Assembly (NCBI GenBank): GCA_963822585.1
Contig: CAWGIE010000019.1
Location: 96,001 to 160,000 of the forward strand
DNA: 64,000 nt
Direction: 5' to 3'
Origin: an uncultured bacterium
GTDB lineage: Bacteria > Auribacterota > Erginobacteria > Erginobacterales > Erginobacteraceae
Position 1 is the stretch's first letter. Every line of letters begins with the position of its first letter. The notes under the pieces were generated by a model that did not search any database, had not been told where the DNA came from, and saw nothing but the letters and a program-made list of their open reading frames with translations. The translations under genes and the position numbers were made by a program. Positions 40,001-48,844 of the stretch are shown piece by piece.

Positions 40001-41288
40001 GTGGAACAACGCCACCGACTTCGGCTACGTCCCCGACAAGCTTAACTTCTGGTTCGACGGCGGCATATTGCCGGCGATGAGCCAGGTCAAGCTCCGCTTT
40101 GAGGAGCAGGCAGAGCCGATCGATATCCAGGAGGGGGACAAGATCAGGCTGGGCTATGACACCTACTACTTCGTCGACGTGATCCTGCCGCAGATCACCG
40201 TTGACGATACGGTCCTCTACGTAGGCCTGAACGGGAACACCTACACCGACCTCTCGCTCTGCAGCATCGCCAAAGGAACGCCCACCCCGACGCCGACACC
40301 GACAATGACCCCGACGCCGACCGTCACACCAACGCCGACGACCTCGGTCACGCCGACACCGTCACCGACCGTCACTCCCACACCCTCGGTCATACCCACA
40401 CCGTCGATCCCTCCCACCCCGTCCGTTACCCCGACACCACTGACAACCCCGACGCCGATGGCGACAGCCACCCCGACGGCTACGCCGTCGGTGGCGCCCA
40501 CCTGTGGGCCGGTGATACCACCCGAGATCCAGGCCTACCGCTCCGGCGACTACGACGGTGACGGCACAGCCGAGATCGCCGTCTTCCGCCCCACCTCCGC
40601 TCTCTGGGCGATCCGGGGAGTGACCCGATTCTACTTCGGCTCCGCCGCTTCTCTCGTCGTCTCCGCCGACTACGACGGCGACTGGACAACCGACGCGGCC
40701 GTCTTCAATCCGGCGAGCGCCCTCTGGGCAATCCGGAACCTGACCCGGTTCTACTACGGGACGCCCGGCGATCTCCCCGTCCCCGGCGATTATACCGGCG
40801 GCGGGTCCGATGCCATCGGCGTCTTCCGCGACTCCAGCGGCCTCTGGGCGGTCCGCGGCGTTGGTCGCGCTTACTTCGGCGCTGCCGGCGATTGGCCGGT
40901 TCCGGCTGATTACGACGGGGACGGCATTAACGACGTCGCCATCTACCGCCCCGACGCCGGCGGCTCCGGCTTCTCCCTCTTTGCCGTCCGCGGCGGCTCC
41001 CGAGTCTATTATGGCCTCCCCGGCGACTGGCCGGCCGTGAACGACTTTAATGGCGACGGTTCCGCTGATTTGGGAATCTTCCGGACCTCCACCAGCGCCC
41101 TCTGGGCGGTGCGGGACGTCACCCGGGTCTACTACGGCCGCTGCGTGGACTGGCCGGCCCCCGCCGACTACGACGGCGATGGCATCGCCGACCTCGGCAT
41201 CTTCCGCGATTCCGCCGGTCTCTGGGCCGTCCGCCGTGTCACCCGGGCTTACTTTGGCGCCGACGGGGACGCGCCGGTGACAAGATAG
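37062..41288 (+). CDS. Large secreted protein: beta-propeller, two PPC-like domains, PT linkers, FG-GAP-like C-terminus
   Basis: Signal peptide; LYAGT/QVWxYDG repeats; duplicated FEAPIVV..DLDL..YTVVDGF domain; ends DAPVTR*. Confidence 0.88.
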   Translation: MQRISSRARILTSLFTAAVLTTFFSPGSCPAAWSTWTQWNTNGFGNQTDNYSVFELEVYKDDLYAGTHNITQGCEIWRYNGPGPTNWSRLTSGGFSDSQNQIPYSMEVYDEHLYIGTRNNSANGLEIWQYDGADFTFLTDGLGLGDSDLKIPCSMTTFDGDLILGAGNSWTNNKAKVFSYDGSSWSQINTNAFGDSQNRQVRALAVFNDDLYAGTYNTQSGGQVWRYDGPTPSDWTMVAAAGFGMGNDNQDVRVLFVYDGKLYGGTANTTSGSQVWETTNGTDWLQNNPDIAVDMYYFDATRCMEEAGGNLYVGTGNALGAGGNNPGAQVWEYDGSFGNWTQVNSNGFDEQTNMAVQDLVRWSGYLWAGVSNSWERGGMVWRGGDGTFVDTTPTPSITPTLTPTPTTTPSPVGETFEAPIVVSLDYSGSENTAISFANNYNTYSCIAFDETGPDIVYRFTLATPGTISILLSGLSVDLDLFLCDGPAIKDCVDSSTNTGTVDEQITFATGTGTFYTVVDGFEGAAGPFDLDISFVTPSPSVTPTPSVAPTPTPSPSVTATPTVSPSPTPSVTPTPSVTPTPSATPSPSITPTPSAAPTSSVTPTPTPSITPTPSVTPTPSVTPSPTPSSTPTATPPPSPSVTPTPSVTPTPVGEVFEAPIVVTLNYTGSQDTTGFADDYDTYGCIAFPETGHDIVYAFTVTAPGTLSINLSSLSADLDLLLCDAPSSKACVDSSTNSGTSDEHISYAAAIDTYYTVVDGFDGAMSSFDIDISLTTPTPTPTPSSTPAPSATPTPSVTPTATSTPSVTPTPTPSITPTPSVTPTPSPSVTPTPSVTPTTTPSVTPTPSVTSTPTVTPTPTPSVTPTPTPTVTSTPSVTPTPSVTLTPSVTPTPTNTPTPSVTPSPSLTPTPSMTPTPSATSTPTVTPTPTPSITPTPSITPTITPTPVPCVSPLMLTNITYIEIFQTRASVNNGWFIRGLEWNNATDFGYVPDKLNFWFDGGILPAMSQVKLRFEEQAEPIDIQEGDKIRLGYDTYYFVDVILPQITVDDTVLYVGLNGNTYTDLSLCSIAKGTPTPTPTPTMTPTPTVTPTPTTSVTPTPSPTVTPTPSVIPTPSIPPTPSVTPTPLTTPTPMATATPTATPSVAPTCGPVIPPEIQAYRSGDYDGDGTAEIAVFRPTSALWAIRGVTRFYFGSAASLVVSADYDGDWTTDAAVFNPASALWAIRNLTRFYYGTPGDLPVPGDYTGGGSDAIGVFRDSSGLWAVRGVGRAYFGAAGDWPVPADYDGDGINDVAIYRPDAGGSGFSLFAVRGGSRVYYGLPGDWPAVNDFNGDGSADLGIFRTSTSALWAVRDVTRVYYGRCVDWPAPADYDGDGIADLGIFRDSAGLWAVRRVTRAYFGADGDAPVTR

Positions 41289-41912
41289 TGATCAGCAACT
41301 TGTCCGCCAGAGCTCGACCTGTCTATCGTCGCCTGGGTGAAGAGGGAGGAGCGACGGCGGATCAGTAATCAGTTGCCGGCTGACACCCTCTCCCCTCGGG
41401 GAGAGGGTATCCTGAGTGAGGGAGAAGCTCGAACAGAAGGACGGGTGAGGGGGATAGTGGACGTTGGGAGTTGAGCGTTGAGCGTTGAACGTTCAGGTCT
41501 TTTTCCCGGCCCCCGTTTTAACCGATTACTGATCACCGATAATCGACTGCAGTCCTCCTCCCTGGATCATATCCCCCCCTGCGCGTGGAAATACACTCGG
41601 CACATGGATTCGCCTCTCTCACACAAAAACTGGTATCAATAGCAAAAAAATCAGAGGAATCAGGTATTTTTAAAGGGGGATTCGCGTAATTTGCGAAATT
41701 TATAGTTTTTAAAAGGGGCCGAGGGGAGGGATAATTAGTGTAAACTTGTGGTGAGCGGAGTCGAATCCATTAGTGGACCAAAAAGGGGCCGAGGTAGAGG
41801 CCAACAATCCGTTTAATCCGCATAATCCGCGGTTATATTAAAGGGGGTGAGGCGGGGGATAATTAGAGTTAATTAGTGGACTAAACAGGGGCCGAGGTAG
41901 AGGGCACACCTC

Positions 41913-42551
41913 TTATTCAATCACATTCAATCGTCTGTTCTTTTCCGGGGGCGAAGCGGGGGATTCTGCCGTCTTCATCCCCGGTCTGAAGACCTGCTTG
42001 ACGAACCGGAACATCTTGCGGAGAAACCAGATCGAGAAGAGAATAAATAGTATCACCACGACCGCGGCGATGACCGGGTGCCTGATAACGAGGTAGAGGA
42101 CGGTGAGCACCGAGACGTCCTCCACAACGCTGGCCACGGAGTTGCTCACCGGTTCCGGGGAGGCGTTGATGGCGAGCCTCGAGGTCGCCTTGGTGAGATG
42201 CGAGTCCAGTGCGATGGTCCCGGCCAGGAGCGCGGCAACGATTCGCAGTTCCGGGCCGGCCTCCGACAGCGCCAGGTATCCCAGCGCGGCCCCGGCCAGG
42301 GGCCTGATAAAGGTATGAACGGAGTCCCAGGCCGAGTCGACATAAGGTATCTTGTCGGCCAGGAATTCGATCAGGAAGAGCACAAACGCGACGATGATGA
42401 CCAGCGGATGGGCGAGCGCCGCCGATTCTCCGGGTAGCGTGATCCATCCCACCCGTTGCGCGATCCCGAGCCCGGCCACGGTAAGGTAAAGATTAACCCC
42501 TGCCGCCCAGGAGGCCCCCACCAGCATTCCAAAAGAACTCAGCGCATTCAT
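41913..42551 (-). CDS. DUF4126-like membrane protein
   Basis: AAGVNLY, IEFLADKIPYVDSAWDSVHTFIRP and SPEPVSNSVASVVED. Confidence 0.85.
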   Translation of the reverse strand: MNALSSFGMLVGASWAAGVNLYLTVAGLGIAQRVGWITLPGESAALAHPLVIIVAFVLFLIEFLADKIPYVDSAWDSVHTFIRPLAGAALGYLALSEAGPELRIVAALLAGTIALDSHLTKATSRLAINASPEPVSNSVASVVEDVSVLTVLYLVIRHPVIAAVVVILFILFSIWFLRKMFRFVKQVFRPGMKTAESPASPPEKNRRLNVIE

Positions 42552-43118
42552 CTATTTATTACCTGGGGTCGTTACTATGGGTCGCCCACTTGGGGGCAAG
42601 GAGGGGGGGAACTCTTCCCTGTAATATTTATCCCGGCACTCCGGACAGATCCCATGGCTGAACTGCGATTCGGAATGATCGGAGATATACTTTTCCATCT
42701 GTTCCCAGGTGTTTTCCGGCGTGCGGATTTTCTTGCAGTGGCTGCAGATGGGCAATATTCCTTTCAGGGTCCTCACTTCCGTCTCCAGTGCCCGTTCGTG
42801 TTTCGCGGTCCGGTCGACCAGGAAAGCGACCAGCGATAAGACGGCAATCCTGACCAGGGCATTGATTATGGTCTCGATCACCGCCACGTGGTGAGTCCAG
42901 ACCGCCATGATCAGCGCTTCCTGGATCAGGGGAAGCGCGATGGCCAGTCCCCAGCCCCATCTCCGCCCGTCGTACCACGCGGCCAGCATGACAGGGAGAA
43001 GAAAAAGGATCGGGAACCGTATGTAAGGCCCGGTCAGATGATCCAGGGCAACCGTCGCCGCTCCAAGCAAACACCAGTAAACAGGCGAAAATGTGTTTTT
43101 CTTGCGAATTCTTTTCAT
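42552..43118 (-). CDS. Membrane protein with a C-terminal four-Cys domain
   Basis: About four TM helices, then LKGILPICSHCKKIR...FSHGICPEC. Confidence 0.8.
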   Translation of the reverse strand: MKRIRKKNTFSPVYWCLLGAATVALDHLTGPYIRFPILFLLPVMLAAWYDGRRWGWGLAIALPLIQEALIMAVWTHHVAVIETIINALVRIAVLSLVAFLVDRTAKHERALETEVRTLKGILPICSHCKKIRTPENTWEQMEKYISDHSESQFSHGICPECRDKYYREEFPPSLPPSGRPIVTTPGNK

Positions 43119-43227
43119 CCCGGTTTTATTCCCGCTTTTAAACTATCCCTTTAAATGACGGATAGAGATACGGCTTCTACTCCTATTCCCCGGCGGTGAC
43201 AATAAAATTCCGGTACCAAATATTTTT

Positions 43228-43448
43228 GGTTCTCTTCCATTTTGTGTGGGTAAACGCTCTATAGGAGTCATTGCGAGGAGCTATATGCCCCGAAGAATTC
43301 GGGGCAGTAAGCGACGAAGCAATCTAAAATATAGTTTAGAGTATTACTTGTATCACTTTTTTATTTTAGTAGTTATGATGAGATTTCTTCTCCGCCGGCG
43401 GATCGTAATGACATTTCTCGGCAAAACCATACAAAATGGAAGAGAACC
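43228..43448. mobile_element. MITE, 221 bp, same TIRs as 19041/20938 but an unrelated interior; 8-bp target duplication ATATTTTT
   Basis: GGTTCTCTTCCATTTTGTGTGG ... CCATACAAAATGGAAGAGAACC, flanked on both sides by ATATTTTT. Confidence 0.88.
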
Positions 43449-43515
43449 ATATTTTTTAATTCCCGCCCCGCACTTCCTGTTATAATCCCATCGTATTCAA
43501 TCCTCGGAGAACAGG

Positions 43516-44559
43516 TTGATGCCACGGAATCCAGGAAAATCACATCAGGTAATCCCGATACTAATGACGGCGATTGTGATTGCCGCCACCGCCGGGCAGA
43601 CCGCCCGGGCAGAGAATCGGACAACGCTCCGCGACGCCGCCCGGCAACTGGGTATCGACCGGATCGATAAGTATGTTCCGCCGCCCGTTTTGAACAACCT
43701 CTCCCTCCCCACCGCGGATGACTGGCGGCGTTTCTGGACCAGCATTGAGAGCGCGCTCCAATCGGGCAACCTGGAGGAGCTGGCCTGGATGCGCCCGGAG
43801 GCGGAGCGGGCCCTGCTGGTCCTGGACACGGTCAAGGGCGGGGCTCCTTACGCCGACTGGCTCCGGCAGCGGCTTGACTACTTCGAGGTCGCTGACCGGG
43901 TAACCAGACGGCTGCCCGCCCCCGGACCACCTCCGGCGCGCCCCAAGGGCACCCCCGCTCCCCTCCGGACGTCGATCGTTCCTCCTCCCCCTCCCAAACC
44001 GGCGCCGGCCCCGGAGGCGGTCGCCCAAAAAAGGACGGAGTCGGTGACCAGCCTGGCTCTCTGGAAGGATAAGCTCAAGGGGCGCCCGGCGCCGCCCCGG
44101 GCGAAACAGCTCGTCCCCGCCCTGAAGAAAATCTTCCGCGCCGAGGGGATTCCCCCGGAACTGGTCTGGCAGGCGGAAGTCGAGTCTTCTTTCAACCCGG
44201 AAGCGAGAAGCCCGGTCGGCGCCCGGGGCCTTTACCAGTTCATGCCCGCCACCGCCAGAAGTTTCGGCCTCGATGAAGGCCCTCCCGATGAACGGCTCAA
44301 CCCGGGAAAAAGCGCCCGGGCGGCGGCCCGGTACCTGAAGGCTCTCTATAAAAGGTTCGATTCCTGGCCGCTGGCGCTGGCCGCCTACAACGCCGGGGAA
44401 GGGCGGGTGGGAAAACTTTTGAAACAGCATGGGGCGACAACCTTTTCCTCCGTCGCCCGGCACCTGCCGTCGGAAACACAGATGTATGTCCCCAAGGTCC
44501 TGGCCACCGTCTATCACCGGGAAGGGAGAGAACCGCAGGATCTGCCCCCGCCGGGATGA
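43516..44559 (+). CDS. Lytic transglycosylase (SLT/MltD-like domain)
   Basis: VESSFNP, GARGLYQFMPATA, LAAYNAG and ETQMYVPK; start uncertain. Confidence 0.9.
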   Translation: MMPRNPGKSHQVIPILMTAIVIAATAGQTARAENRTTLRDAARQLGIDRIDKYVPPPVLNNLSLPTADDWRRFWTSIESALQSGNLEELAWMRPEAERALLVLDTVKGGAPYADWLRQRLDYFEVADRVTRRLPAPGPPPARPKGTPAPLRTSIVPPPPPKPAPAPEAVAQKRTESVTSLALWKDKLKGRPAPPRAKQLVPALKKIFRAEGIPPELVWQAEVESSFNPEARSPVGARGLYQFMPATARSFGLDEGPPDERLNPGKSARAAARYLKALYKRFDSWPLALAAYNAGEGRVGKLLKQHGATTFSSVARHLPSETQMYVPKVLATVYHREGREPQDLPPPG

Positions 44560-44572
44560 GGGAGGGCAAAAG

Positions 44573-45865
44573 TTACGGCAGGTTGCGCAAAGCGTCTTCC
44601 AGCCAGTCGAGAATGCGCTCACCCGATATCATGATCGCTCCCATCTGGCAGTGTTCTTCGGCCCCTTCCTCTGCGGTAAAGAGCATGTACTCCTTCGGGC
44701 ACCGCAGGGCGTTGAAGAGATGTTTGGCCTGACCGGGAAGATCTTTATCCCCTTCCGAATCGACGACCAGCAGGGGGCATTTTATCTTCGCTGCGCAGTC
44801 CTTCATCGTGTACGGTTTGAGCATCTTCAGGAACTCGCCGGGGGAGGCGGTCCCGAACGTGAACATGCCGTTGGCGAAGAACCAGCCGAGATTGACGTTC
44901 GTCTTCATCTCCCGCATTATTTCCCGGTCGAATTCCTTTATCCCGTCCCGGTCAGCGATCATTTTCTCGGTACCCGGCGGGCATTCTTTCATGCAGTTCT
45001 CGTAAAAGTCATAGACTCCCCCGTCGGCGACACAGACGGCGAGCCGGTCTTCGAAAGCCGCGGCCCGCGGGGCGAGGTAACCCCCGAAGCTGAATCCTAT
45101 CAGCGCGATCTTTGCCGGATCCGTCTCCGGCAGTTTCAAAGCGAAATCCACGACCGGTGTCACTACCGTCTCCCAGTTCGGGCGGAAGGGGATCTTCTGC
45201 TCCCGTATCACTCCCCCCTGTCCCGGTCCCTCAAAGAGTAGACAGTTGAACCCGCGCTCCGCGGCCAGAGAAGTAATCTCGAAATAAAGTTCCTCGGCGG
45301 TGCCGTCGAAACCGCTGTGGACGATCAAGAGCGGCCTCTTTTGCCCGGAATCGTCCACCAGGCAGAGATATCCGGGCAAGGTGGTATTCTCAAAAGGTAT
45401 CCTGACGGATTTAACAGGACGTTCCGAGAGTTCAGATGCTTTCAGAAAACAGTCGCGGCTCTTCCTCCAGGTCTCCGCGTTTCGAGGGTCCCGGGGATCG
45501 GAGACGAGAAAGAACATGGCGGTCCGGTAATAATTGGAGGCACGCAGATAGGCTTCCCGGGCGCTCTCCCGGTAATCCTCCTGAAGGAAAACGTTCGCCG
45601 CTTTTTCCAGCCGTCTCCCTGTCGCGGACCATTCCCGGTACCAGCTTTCGTTATCCCCTTCCTTGATCCGGCAGGCCGTGCTCAGGCACTCGGCGATGTC
45701 CGCGCCCCCGGTGCTGCTGTACCCCATGGTCCTGAGGCACTGAAATGAATACTGCGGGTCCTTGAAAACGCATTCCACGGCTTTCACTGGACTGCCCAGG
45801 GTACAAATGAATATGGTCAATAAAAGAAGGTCGACATATATCCGGTTTCTATTTTTACTCTTCAT
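44573..45865 (-). CDS. Alpha/beta-fold hydrolase (peptidase S9 / DHPON hydrolase-like)
   Basis: RASNYYR, GFDGTAEE, FEGPGQG, nucleophile GFSFG and EHCQ. Confidence 0.87.
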   Translation of the reverse strand: MKSKNRNRIYVDLLLLTIFICTLGSPVKAVECVFKDPQYSFQCLRTMGYSSTGGADIAECLSTACRIKEGDNESWYREWSATGRRLEKAANVFLQEDYRESAREAYLRASNYYRTAMFFLVSDPRDPRNAETWRKSRDCFLKASELSERPVKSVRIPFENTTLPGYLCLVDDSGQKRPLLIVHSGFDGTAEELYFEITSLAAERGFNCLLFEGPGQGGVIREQKIPFRPNWETVVTPVVDFALKLPETDPAKIALIGFSFGGYLAPRAAAFEDRLAVCVADGGVYDFYENCMKECPPGTEKMIADRDGIKEFDREIMREMKTNVNLGWFFANGMFTFGTASPGEFLKMLKPYTMKDCAAKIKCPLLVVDSEGDKDLPGQAKHLFNALRCPKEYMLFTAEEGAEEHCQMGAIMISGERILDWLEDALRNLP

Positions 45866-46144
45866 GTTCACACATCTCATCCTGAATGGGTTTTATGGGT
45901 TTCTTCCATTTTTCATGGGGAGGAAGCAGAATGTGGTGACCTTCTATCCTACCACCTATAAAGTATATTTATGGATAGTTATTCATGCCGACTTGAACTG
46001 ATCCAGCCATAAGCGGGAGGAATAGCAGGATCAGCTTTCTGTTTAACTTTCCGGATAACCAGCCAACCATTCCCCATTCCCTATTTACAAATCACCCGGG
46101 GTGACATATAAGATACCCCTTTTCAACCCCCCTGAATCCGAACC

Positions 46145-47536
46145 ATGATCGATAACCTCATAACCGCTCTTTACCTCCTGACCGTCCTCCTGATCGGGAT
46201 CTGGGCCGGCCGGAAGGTCAAGAACCTCCAGGACTTCGCCGTCGCCGGACGCTCCTTCCCGGCCTGGGTCATCTTCGCCACCCTCTCCGCCTCCTTCATC
46301 GGGGGAGGTTTTTCCATCGGCAACGCGGAGAAGGTATTCCTTTACGGGATCGTCAACATCTTCGCTCTCTGGGGGTTCAGCCTGAAGGAACTTCTCGTCG
46401 CCGGGTTCATCGCCCCCCGGATGGGCCGCTACACCGACTGCATCTCGGTCGGGGACATCATGTTCCGCCACTACGGAAAGGCGGCCCGGGTGATCACCGG
46501 TATTCTCTCGGTGATTCTCTGCGGGGGGATCCTGGGAGCCCAGGTCAGCGCGATCGGCTATATCTTCAACGTCTTCCTCGGCATGGACCAGATCTACGGC
46601 ATTCTGATCGGGTGCGGGATCGTGATCGTCTACTCGACGATCGGAGGAATGCGGGCGGTCGTCTTCACCGATATTTTTCAATTCGCCATCCTGGCGATCG
46701 GCATCCCGGTCGTCCTGGTCTTCGCCACGATCAAGGCCGGGGGGGTCTCGGTGATCATGAATTCGGTTCCCCCCGACCGTCTCACCCTCCTGGGACCCAA
46801 GACCGTCATCGCCTTTCTCTCCCTCTTTCTCACCTTCGTCGTCGGTGAGACCCTCGTCCCTCCCTACGTTCAGAGGCTCTTTCTTTCCCGGGACGTGAGG
46901 GCTACCCGGCAGGGGACGCTTCTGAGCGGGCTCTTCTCACTTCCCTTCTTCTTCATCACCGGCGCCATCGGGCTGGTCGCTCTCGCCCTCTTCCCCGGGA
47001 TCGATCCCAATCTCGCCCTCCCCTATACGATCAAGCACGTTCTCCCGGCGGTGATGCAGGGGATCGTCGTGGCCGGCGTCCTCTCGATCGTGATGTCCTC
47101 GGCCGACTCCTTCCTCAACGCCGCCGCGGTCGGCGCGGTCCAGGACGTCGTCAAGCCGCTGCTTCGCACCTCGACCCGGGGTGAGTTCGCCATCGTCAAG
47201 GGGATCAATCTCCTCACCGGCATCCTGGCCGTCGTCTTTGCCGTCAACATCAGAAGCATCCTCGATATCCTCATCTATTCTTACCAGTTCTGGTCCCCGG
47301 TCATGCTCGTTCCGCTCGCCGCGGCGATCATGGGGGTGAGGGTAAGGGCGGGGAATTTTTACTGGGGAATGACCGGGGGGGTGCTCGGTGTCCTGATCTG
47401 GAAGTTTATCCTCGGCGACCCGTTCGGCGTTGACGGGTTGATAATCGGGGTGGTAGCCAACGGCGTCTGCTTCGCCATATCCCGGCGCGTGTTATCAGTG
47501 CCGCCGCCGGGGACACATACAGTACCCTCCATTTAA
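46145..47536 (+). CDS. Sodium:solute symporter family protein
   Basis: DFAVAGR, YSTIGGMRAVVFTDIFQ and MSSADS; polytopic. Confidence 0.92.
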   Translation: MIDNLITALYLLTVLLIGIWAGRKVKNLQDFAVAGRSFPAWVIFATLSASFIGGGFSIGNAEKVFLYGIVNIFALWGFSLKELLVAGFIAPRMGRYTDCISVGDIMFRHYGKAARVITGILSVILCGGILGAQVSAIGYIFNVFLGMDQIYGILIGCGIVIVYSTIGGMRAVVFTDIFQFAILAIGIPVVLVFATIKAGGVSVIMNSVPPDRLTLLGPKTVIAFLSLFLTFVVGETLVPPYVQRLFLSRDVRATRQGTLLSGLFSLPFFFITGAIGLVALALFPGIDPNLALPYTIKHVLPAVMQGIVVAGVLSIVMSSADSFLNAAAVGAVQDVVKPLLRTSTRGEFAIVKGINLLTGILAVVFAVNIRSILDILIYSYQFWSPVMLVPLAAAIMGVRVRAGNFYWGMTGGVLGVLIWKFILGDPFGVDGLIIGVVANGVCFAISRRVLSVPPPGTHTVPSI

Positions 47537-47776
47537 AAGGAAAGGGGATTTTCATCGATACTCCTCTTTTCTTACCAGCCGAAGGCCGTAATTCCGGGGA
47601 CGGTCGCCGGAAAGGTTATCGTGCGGGCGACAACGGGTAAGCCGAGAGGCATGTTTTCGTACTTCAATCAAGTCTCCCTGGCCACAATCGGCGGAAGCAT
47701 GGCCGGCCCGGAGAAGGGATACAATCTATCGCGTATATCCAGTATCTAACTAATCGGCAGGAAATATTAAAATAGG

Positions 47777-48112
47777 TCACATCATTCGCGAGTTCAACGT
47801 GTGCATTATCCAGATGGTTCCGGCCACAAAAATGAACAACAATAATGCAGTAAAGGTTATCGCTATAAGATTCCAGCGCTTGGCGGAAGACCGATCGAGA
47901 TGCAGAAAATAATGCAGATGGACTAATATTTGCAATGTTGCCGTAACCAAAAGCCCGATTGCTGTAATCCGTTTCGAGGCTATATCGGTCAAAACCAGTC
48001 CGAAGGAAATTATTGTTAAGAAGACCGCAAGGATGAAACCGGTAGTATAGTTTTTAGGAGATAAATCTCCGGCGCCCGTGTTTTCGTTATCAGCCCGTTT
48101 CACTTCTATCAT
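47777..48112 (-). CDS. cyoD: Cytochrome bo3 quinol oxidase subunit IV
   Basis: YTTGFILAVFLT and QILVHLHYFLHL; operon position. Confidence 0.92.
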   Translation of the reverse strand: MIEVKRADNENTGAGDLSPKNYTTGFILAVFLTIISFGLVLTDIASKRITAIGLLVTATLQILVHLHYFLHLDRSSAKRWNLIAITFTALLLFIFVAGTIWIMHTLNSRMM

Positions 48113-48205
48113 TCCTCTTCCATGTTTTTTTGAAACGGCATATTAACAACTATCTTCTTTCGGAACATCTCTCATGGCACCAAACTTCGCAGCGCATGAA
48201 AGATC

Positions 48206-48805
48206 TTACAGAACTTGCAGCAGGTAAACGACGGTAAATACGCCGACCCAGACGATATCGAGGAAGTGCCAGAATAAGCCCAGACGCGTTAAACGGGAGC
48301 GCACGGCGCCGCTAGCTCCCTTTTTAACTAATTGGGTCATCATCACTGCCATCCAGAGCAATCCCAAGCTTACATGTGTTCCGTGTGTACCCACCAGGGT
48401 GAAAAAGGACGATAAAAATCCGCTGCGGGAGGGGCCGAATCCCGCCATGATCATCCCGTAAAATTCATGAATTTCCATTGAGACGAATCCTAATCCCAGG
48501 ATAAAGGTAAGCATCAGCCCGCTCAACACCATCTTTTTCTTTTCCCGGCGCAATGCCACCATGCTGAATCCATAGGCAGCGCTACTCGTCAATAACAGCA
48601 TCGTTTCCACAAAAAGAAAGGGGAGGTCAAATAACTGCTGGGGACCGGGCCCACCGGCATAATTACGGCCCAGTACGATAAACGTGGCGAACAACACCGA
48701 GAAAATAACAAGATCGCTCATCAGGTAGATCCAGAAGCCGAATGTTTGTATTTCCAGGCGACCCGGATATTTCAATTCCGCCGTATTCATCGAATAGAGA
48801 ACCAT
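48206..48805 (-). CDS. cyoC: Cytochrome bo3 quinol oxidase subunit III
   Basis: FGFWIYLMSD, FFTLVGTHGTHV and FWHFLDIVW. Confidence 0.95.
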   Translation of the reverse strand: MVLYSMNTAELKYPGRLEIQTFGFWIYLMSDLVIFSVLFATFIVLGRNYAGGPGPQQLFDLPFLFVETMLLLTSSAAYGFSMVALRREKKKMVLSGLMLTFILGLGFVSMEIHEFYGMIMAGFGPSRSGFLSSFFTLVGTHGTHVSLGLLWMAVMMTQLVKKGASGAVRSRLTRLGLFWHFLDIVWVGVFTVVYLLQVL

Positions 48806-48844
48806 AGTGTTCCGTCGTTAACTCCGCAGTTGTATATCACCAAT

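Noticed and set aside
24227..40501. Long Gly/Val- or Arg-rich ORFs (e.g. 24294..25376, 39320..39937, 40241..40501)
   Set aside because: They are antisense shadows of Pro/Thr linkers in real genes.
35750..41288. DGR template/variable repeat pair in the duplicated C-termini
   Set aside because: Both copies are coding and the differences are not confined to adenines.
41670..41905. Degenerate CRISPR array
   Set aside because: The repeats are short and variable, and the spacers are unequal and themselves repetitive.
47577..47595. Distal att copy of tRNA-Thr (AGCCGAAGG) delimiting a cyo island
   Set aside because: Only 9 bp match exactly; the position is suggestive but compatible with chance.
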